In this document: positions 59,623 through 64,000 of the stretch, one piece after another | Layout of the letters: each line of letters opens with the position of its first letter | Position numbering within the stretch: the stretch's first letter is position 1 | DNA from: Octopus vulgaris | Taxonomy: Eukaryota | Direction: 5' to 3' | Length of the DNA stretch: 64,000 bases | Assembly: GCA_951406725.2 (NCBI GenBank) | Contig: OX597843.1 | Coordinates: 17,856,001-17,920,000, forward strand | Made by a program: the position numbers and the translations under genes | The notes under the pieces: model-generated | What the model was told of the DNA's origin: nothing | Database searches by the model: none | The model's input: the letters and a program-made list of their open reading frames with translations, nothing else

Positions 59623-60793
59623 TAGCATTAAAGACCCGTCGTTGCCGGGTCATAGTGCTAGTGCATGTATATATGTGTATATGTATGTGTACATATTACA
59701 TGTACATCTATATATATACATCTACACATAAAATACAAAATACAAAGTTATATATTGATATCGCTAGTGATAACAATACTCAAAATATATAACAGACTGG
59801 AATTGTAGGCCCGTCTCTTGTAATTTCGATCAATTGTATCTTGTCCTCCCTCTTGTATAGAAGTGTGGCTACAATCCAGCCCGCCTCTACTTCTGGTGGG
59901 AGGGACATTAAAATTTTTTTCCGGCACGTCCTACGTCCCAGATATAAAAGTAAAAATAAAATATTTCCACTTTGCAAGTTCGAGTTGAGTACTCCCTTGC
60001 ACGCTCCGTTTACTCGAACCTTGCTTCTATTGTGGCGAATTTACCGCCTCTGATTAGATATCTTTCACAGTCGCACCAAGACACTTTTCGAAGGTGCTTT
60101 CCTCCATGTGTTCAAATCTTCATTTTTCTCTACATTATATACTTTATAGACAATAGTCTTTTCTTTAATTTAATTTTTTGATATCTATCTGGACTATTCC
60201 ATTTCTGCACGCTAATTTTATTTTTAATTTATTCCCATTCATGTGAAACCACTTATTCAAGTTCAAGTCATTGATGTAATTTTATACCAATTGCTATATT
60301 TTTACTTTTGTCACGTTACGATTATATTATACTTTAGTTTGATTTTAATTATTACTTACTACATATAATTCAATTGTTATTATAATTTTTATTGTTAAAG
60401 TGAAAGCATCTGACATAAAATAGAGAAACGTTTTTGTTTCACTTTTAACACGTAATACTGAAATAGTGGAGAAGATAGGATAATGCTATAGGCTCGCTCT
60501 AGGCAAGAAGTTGAACATTTTTTTGCCCATGAAACTACATGGACCCTAAGTAAGGCATGTGTAAAATTTGAATGGAATTGTAGTTCTCAAGTTTTAGGGA
60601 ATCATAGTGAAGAAGATATGACATTGCTGTGGGCTTGCCCTAGGCAAAAAGTTAAAAATCTTTTTTGCCGATGACACTCCCCGGACCCTAAGTAAGGCAT
60701 GTGTAAAATTTGAATGAAATTGGTTGTGTAGTTCTCAAGTTTTTGGGAAAGACACAGACAGACAGACACACATTCTCAGTTTTATATATATAA

Positions 60794-60796
<3 letters not shown>
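59622..60796 (-). mobile_element. Non-autonomous Helitron-like element; related fragments at 59125-59345 and 61953-62218
   Basis: Minus 5' TC..TATATAAAACTGAGAATGTG, 3' CCCGGCAACGACGGG hairpin then CTAG|T; ~140-bp internal tandem duplication at 60470-60745. Confidence 0.65.
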
Positions 60797-60862
<66 letters not shown>

Positions 60863-60864
<2 letters not shown>

Positions 60865-61115
60865 AAAGTAAATAAATGGTGCAACGAAGCACCGATATCT
60901 ACTGGAAAATAGCGAACGTAATAAATACGACGCTAATGTACAGCTTCACTGCGTATGTACTAGTAAAGATGCGTGTGTGCAACAAACATGAAAAAAATTG
61001 TCTTACCTCTAGGAAGAACATCTGAAAAATGATAAACCTAGATAACGGATATTTATTACGCTCGCTATTTTCCAGTAAATATCGGTGCTTCGTTGTACCA
61101 TTTATTTACTTTTAT
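60863..61115. repeat. Fold-back element with ~65-bp inverted repeats, in (TA)n
   Basis: TAAAAGTAAATAAATGGTGCAACGAAGCACCGATATCTACTGGAAAATAGCGA / TCGCTATTTTCCAGTAAATATCGGTGCTTCGTTGTACCATTTATTTACTTTTA. Confidence 0.85.
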
Positions 61116-61234
61116 GTATAATTTTACCCTCACGGGCTATCCTTTACTGGAAAGCAATACTCTTGTATTGCATTACTATATATATATATATATATATATA
61201 TTGATCAAAATAAAAACATGATGCCAAGGATTCA

Positions 61235-61312
61235 GCGGTACATATGTTTCGGGCCTTTATTAGACAGATTTATAACAATGCATAATGTATGTCTGTGGCC
61301 TTCTTCAGCCGC
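61235..61312 (-). ncRNA. Type I hammerhead ribozyme, left arm
   Basis: GCGG-CTGAAGA-AGGCC..GGCCC-GAAAC-ATAT-GTA-CCGC. Confidence 0.8.
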
Positions 61313-61767
61313 GCACAACAGCTTCCACAAGGACATGTGTTACATCAAAATTCTTGGTTGGGGATGCAAATCCTCTCATTCGCGTACGACATAATGCGGC
61401 AGCAGCTTAGAATTGAAGCGTCCATCTCTTTCCTCTCTCAATGTAGAATGAGGAAATTAGGATGTTGAATTAATGTAAATAAATTAATAAATAAATACAT
61501 ATATAGACGTGAAGGAACCTGGTAATAAGAGTAATTACCCCTATTTACTCTTATTACCAGGTTCCTTCACGTCTATATATGTATTTATTTATTAATTTAT
61601 TTACATTAATTCAACATCCTAATTTCCTCATTCTACATTGAGAGAGGAAAGAGATGGACGCTTCAATTCTAAGCTGCTGCCGCATTATGTCGTACGCGAA
61701 TGAGAGGATTTGCATCCCCAACCAAGAATTTTTGATGTAACACATGTCCTTGTGGAAGCTGTTGTGC

Positions 61768-61845
61768 GCGGCTGAAGAAGGCCACAGACATACATTATGC
61801 ATTGTTATAAATCTGTCTAATAAAAGCCCGAAACATATGTACCGC
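61768..61845 (+). ncRNA. Type I hammerhead ribozyme, right arm
   Basis: GCGG-CTGAAGA-AGGC..GCCC-GAAAC-ATAT-GTA-CCGC; predicted cleavage after A61841. Confidence 0.8.
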
Positions 61846-61946
61846 TGAATCCTTGGCATCATGTTTTTATTTTGATCAATTTACTCCACCACCTACACCA
61901 CCAAACGGTATACACAGGTGCTTATAATTATCAAGTACTCACCCCG

Positions 61947-61986
<40 letters not shown>

Positions 61987-62226
61987 TGAGAATGTGTGTC
62001 TGTCTGTAACACGTAATACTGAAATAGTGGAGACGATAGGATATTGCTTTGGGCTCGCTCTAGGCAAAAAGTTGAACATTTTTTTGTCCATGAAACTACA
62101 TGGACCCAAAGTAAGGCACGTGTAAAATTTGAATGAAATTGGTTGTGTAGTTCTCAAGTTTTAGGGAATCGTAGTGGAGAAGATATGATATTGCTGTGGG
62201 CTCGCCCTAGGCAAAAAATATATATA

Positions 62227-62288
<62 letters not shown>

Positions 62289-62697
62289 GACGGGCTTCTT
62301 TCAGTTTCCGTCTACAATATTCCACTTACAAGGCATTATTCGGCCCGAGGCTATAGTAGGAGGCACTTGCTGAAGGAGCCACGCAGTGGGACTGAATTCG
62401 GAACCTCGAGGTTTGGAAACAAGCTTCTTGCCTCACAGCCACTCCTGCGCCTATGCACATATAATAAATAAATCATGTAATTTATATATTATAAATATAT
62501 AAATATATATATATATAATATATAATAATAAATATAATATATAATATATAATATAATATATTATATAATATATAATAATAAATATGATATATAATATATA
62601 ATATAATATTATATAATATATTATTATAATAATATATAATATAATTTATATGTGTATGTATGTATATATGTATGTAGATATGTTGTATGTATATATA

Positions 62698-63106
62698 CTC
62701 TTACTCTTTACTCTTTTACTTGTTTCAGTCATTTGACTGCGGCCATGCTGGAGCACCGCCTTTAGTCGAGCAACTCGACCCCGGGACTTATTCTTTGTAA
62801 GCCCAGTACTTATTCTATCGATCTCTTTTTGCCGAACCGCTAATTGACGGGGACATAAACACACCAGCATCGGTTGTCAAGCAATGTTGGGGGGACAAAC
62901 ACAGACACACAAACACACACGCACACATATATATACATATATACGACGGGCTTCTTTCAGTTTCCGTCTACCAAATCCACTCACAAGGCTTTGGTCGGCC
63001 CAAGGCTATAGTAGAAGACACTTGCCCAAGGTGCCACGCAGTGGGACTGAACCCGGAACCATGTGGTTGGTAAGCATGCTACTTACCACACAGCCACTCC
63101 TGCGCC
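62698..63106 (-). mobile_element. SINE family A, full length
   Basis: Reverse complement of family A. Confidence 0.88.
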
Positions 63107-63204
63107 TACATATATATATATAAACATACACATACAAACACACACACATAGTTATGAGTGCGTCTCTCTGCACGCGTGTGTTTATATGTGTGGATACATA
63201 CATG

Positions 63205-63243
<39 letters not shown>

Positions 63244-63566
63244 ATACATACGGGTGGAGTCACAGTAAAAGCGTAAACAAAAGAGGTTACCCCATCTCCT
63301 CACCCTAAGCAGACTGTCGGCGACAGACTTGATAGAAGAGGAGCGGATGTTGTTGTTGATGATAATGATGATGACGAGAAGGAATATCTAACTAAATAGA
63401 TATATATATATATATATAAATATATCTACATGTTTGTGTATATATATACATACGTATATACGCACATATATGCATATGAATATATATTATATATATAGGC
63501 ATATATATTGTGTAAAATATGCATATAATATATATTGTGATATATAATTAGATGTATCTATATGGC

Positions 63567-63618
<52 letters not shown>

Positions 63619-63717
63619 TATGTATATGTATATATATACATGCACACACACTTACACATATGCATATATACACATTCATACGCACCTATATGTATGTGTA
63701 CATATACAATAATGATG

Positions 63718-63786
<69 letters not shown>

Positions 63787-64000
63787 GGCTGTCTCTTTCA
63801 AGTACTTTTATTTAGAACTGGTGGTGCCTTGTAGACTGCGTACCAATATCTCTGTCTTCAGAATTGGTCAATTCGCTTCTAGAATGTTCTTCAGTCTGCC
63901 TCTGTTGGTCCCAAGGGTGGGAGTTGGGGGTGGTGATGGGGTAGCCATAGAAAATTTCTTGTTGGCCAGTGGCTTGTGGGACTGTCTGGTGGTTGGGTGA

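Larger units (their letters stand above)
61200..61880. repeat. Near-perfect 681-bp palindrome (335/336-bp arms, 10-nt loop)
   Basis: Arms 61200-61534 and 61545-61880; only one substitution and one 1-nt indel noticed. Confidence 0.95.

Noticed and set aside
61611-61862. 83-aa ORF in the palindrome arm
   Set aside because: No recognisable domain, frameshifted in the mirror arm, and antisense to the ribozyme.

Overview
Repeat-saturated, AT-rich eukaryotic non-coding DNA with no credible host protein-coding gene. The repeat content (tRNA-headed SINEs carrying internal microsatellites, long (TA)n/(AAT)n/(CAC)n/(TATC)n tracts) resembles an octopus/coleoid cephalopod genome; this is an inference from repeat style, not a database result. 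Almost all long ORFs in the track are microsatellite artefacts. Real coding remnants are all from transposable elements: several R4/Dong-type REL non-LTR retrotransposons sitting in (AAT)n, Tx1/L1-like, RTE and CR1-like LINE fragments, a nearly intact mariner, a decayed Tc1, a pogo remnant with a hAT MITE, Helitron-like non-autonomous elements, and two Penelope-like GIY-YIG remnants. The main hidden signal is RNA-structural: at least six sequence-unrelated families of type I hammerhead ribozyme motifs. Two of these families sit as mirror pairs in the arms of fold-back palindromes (a near-perfect 681-bp one at 61200-61880 and a decayed one at 52075-52477), suggesting non-autonomous, ribozyme-bearing Penelope-like hairpin elements in microsatellite DNA. 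Coordinates were read by eye and element ends may be off by a few bases.
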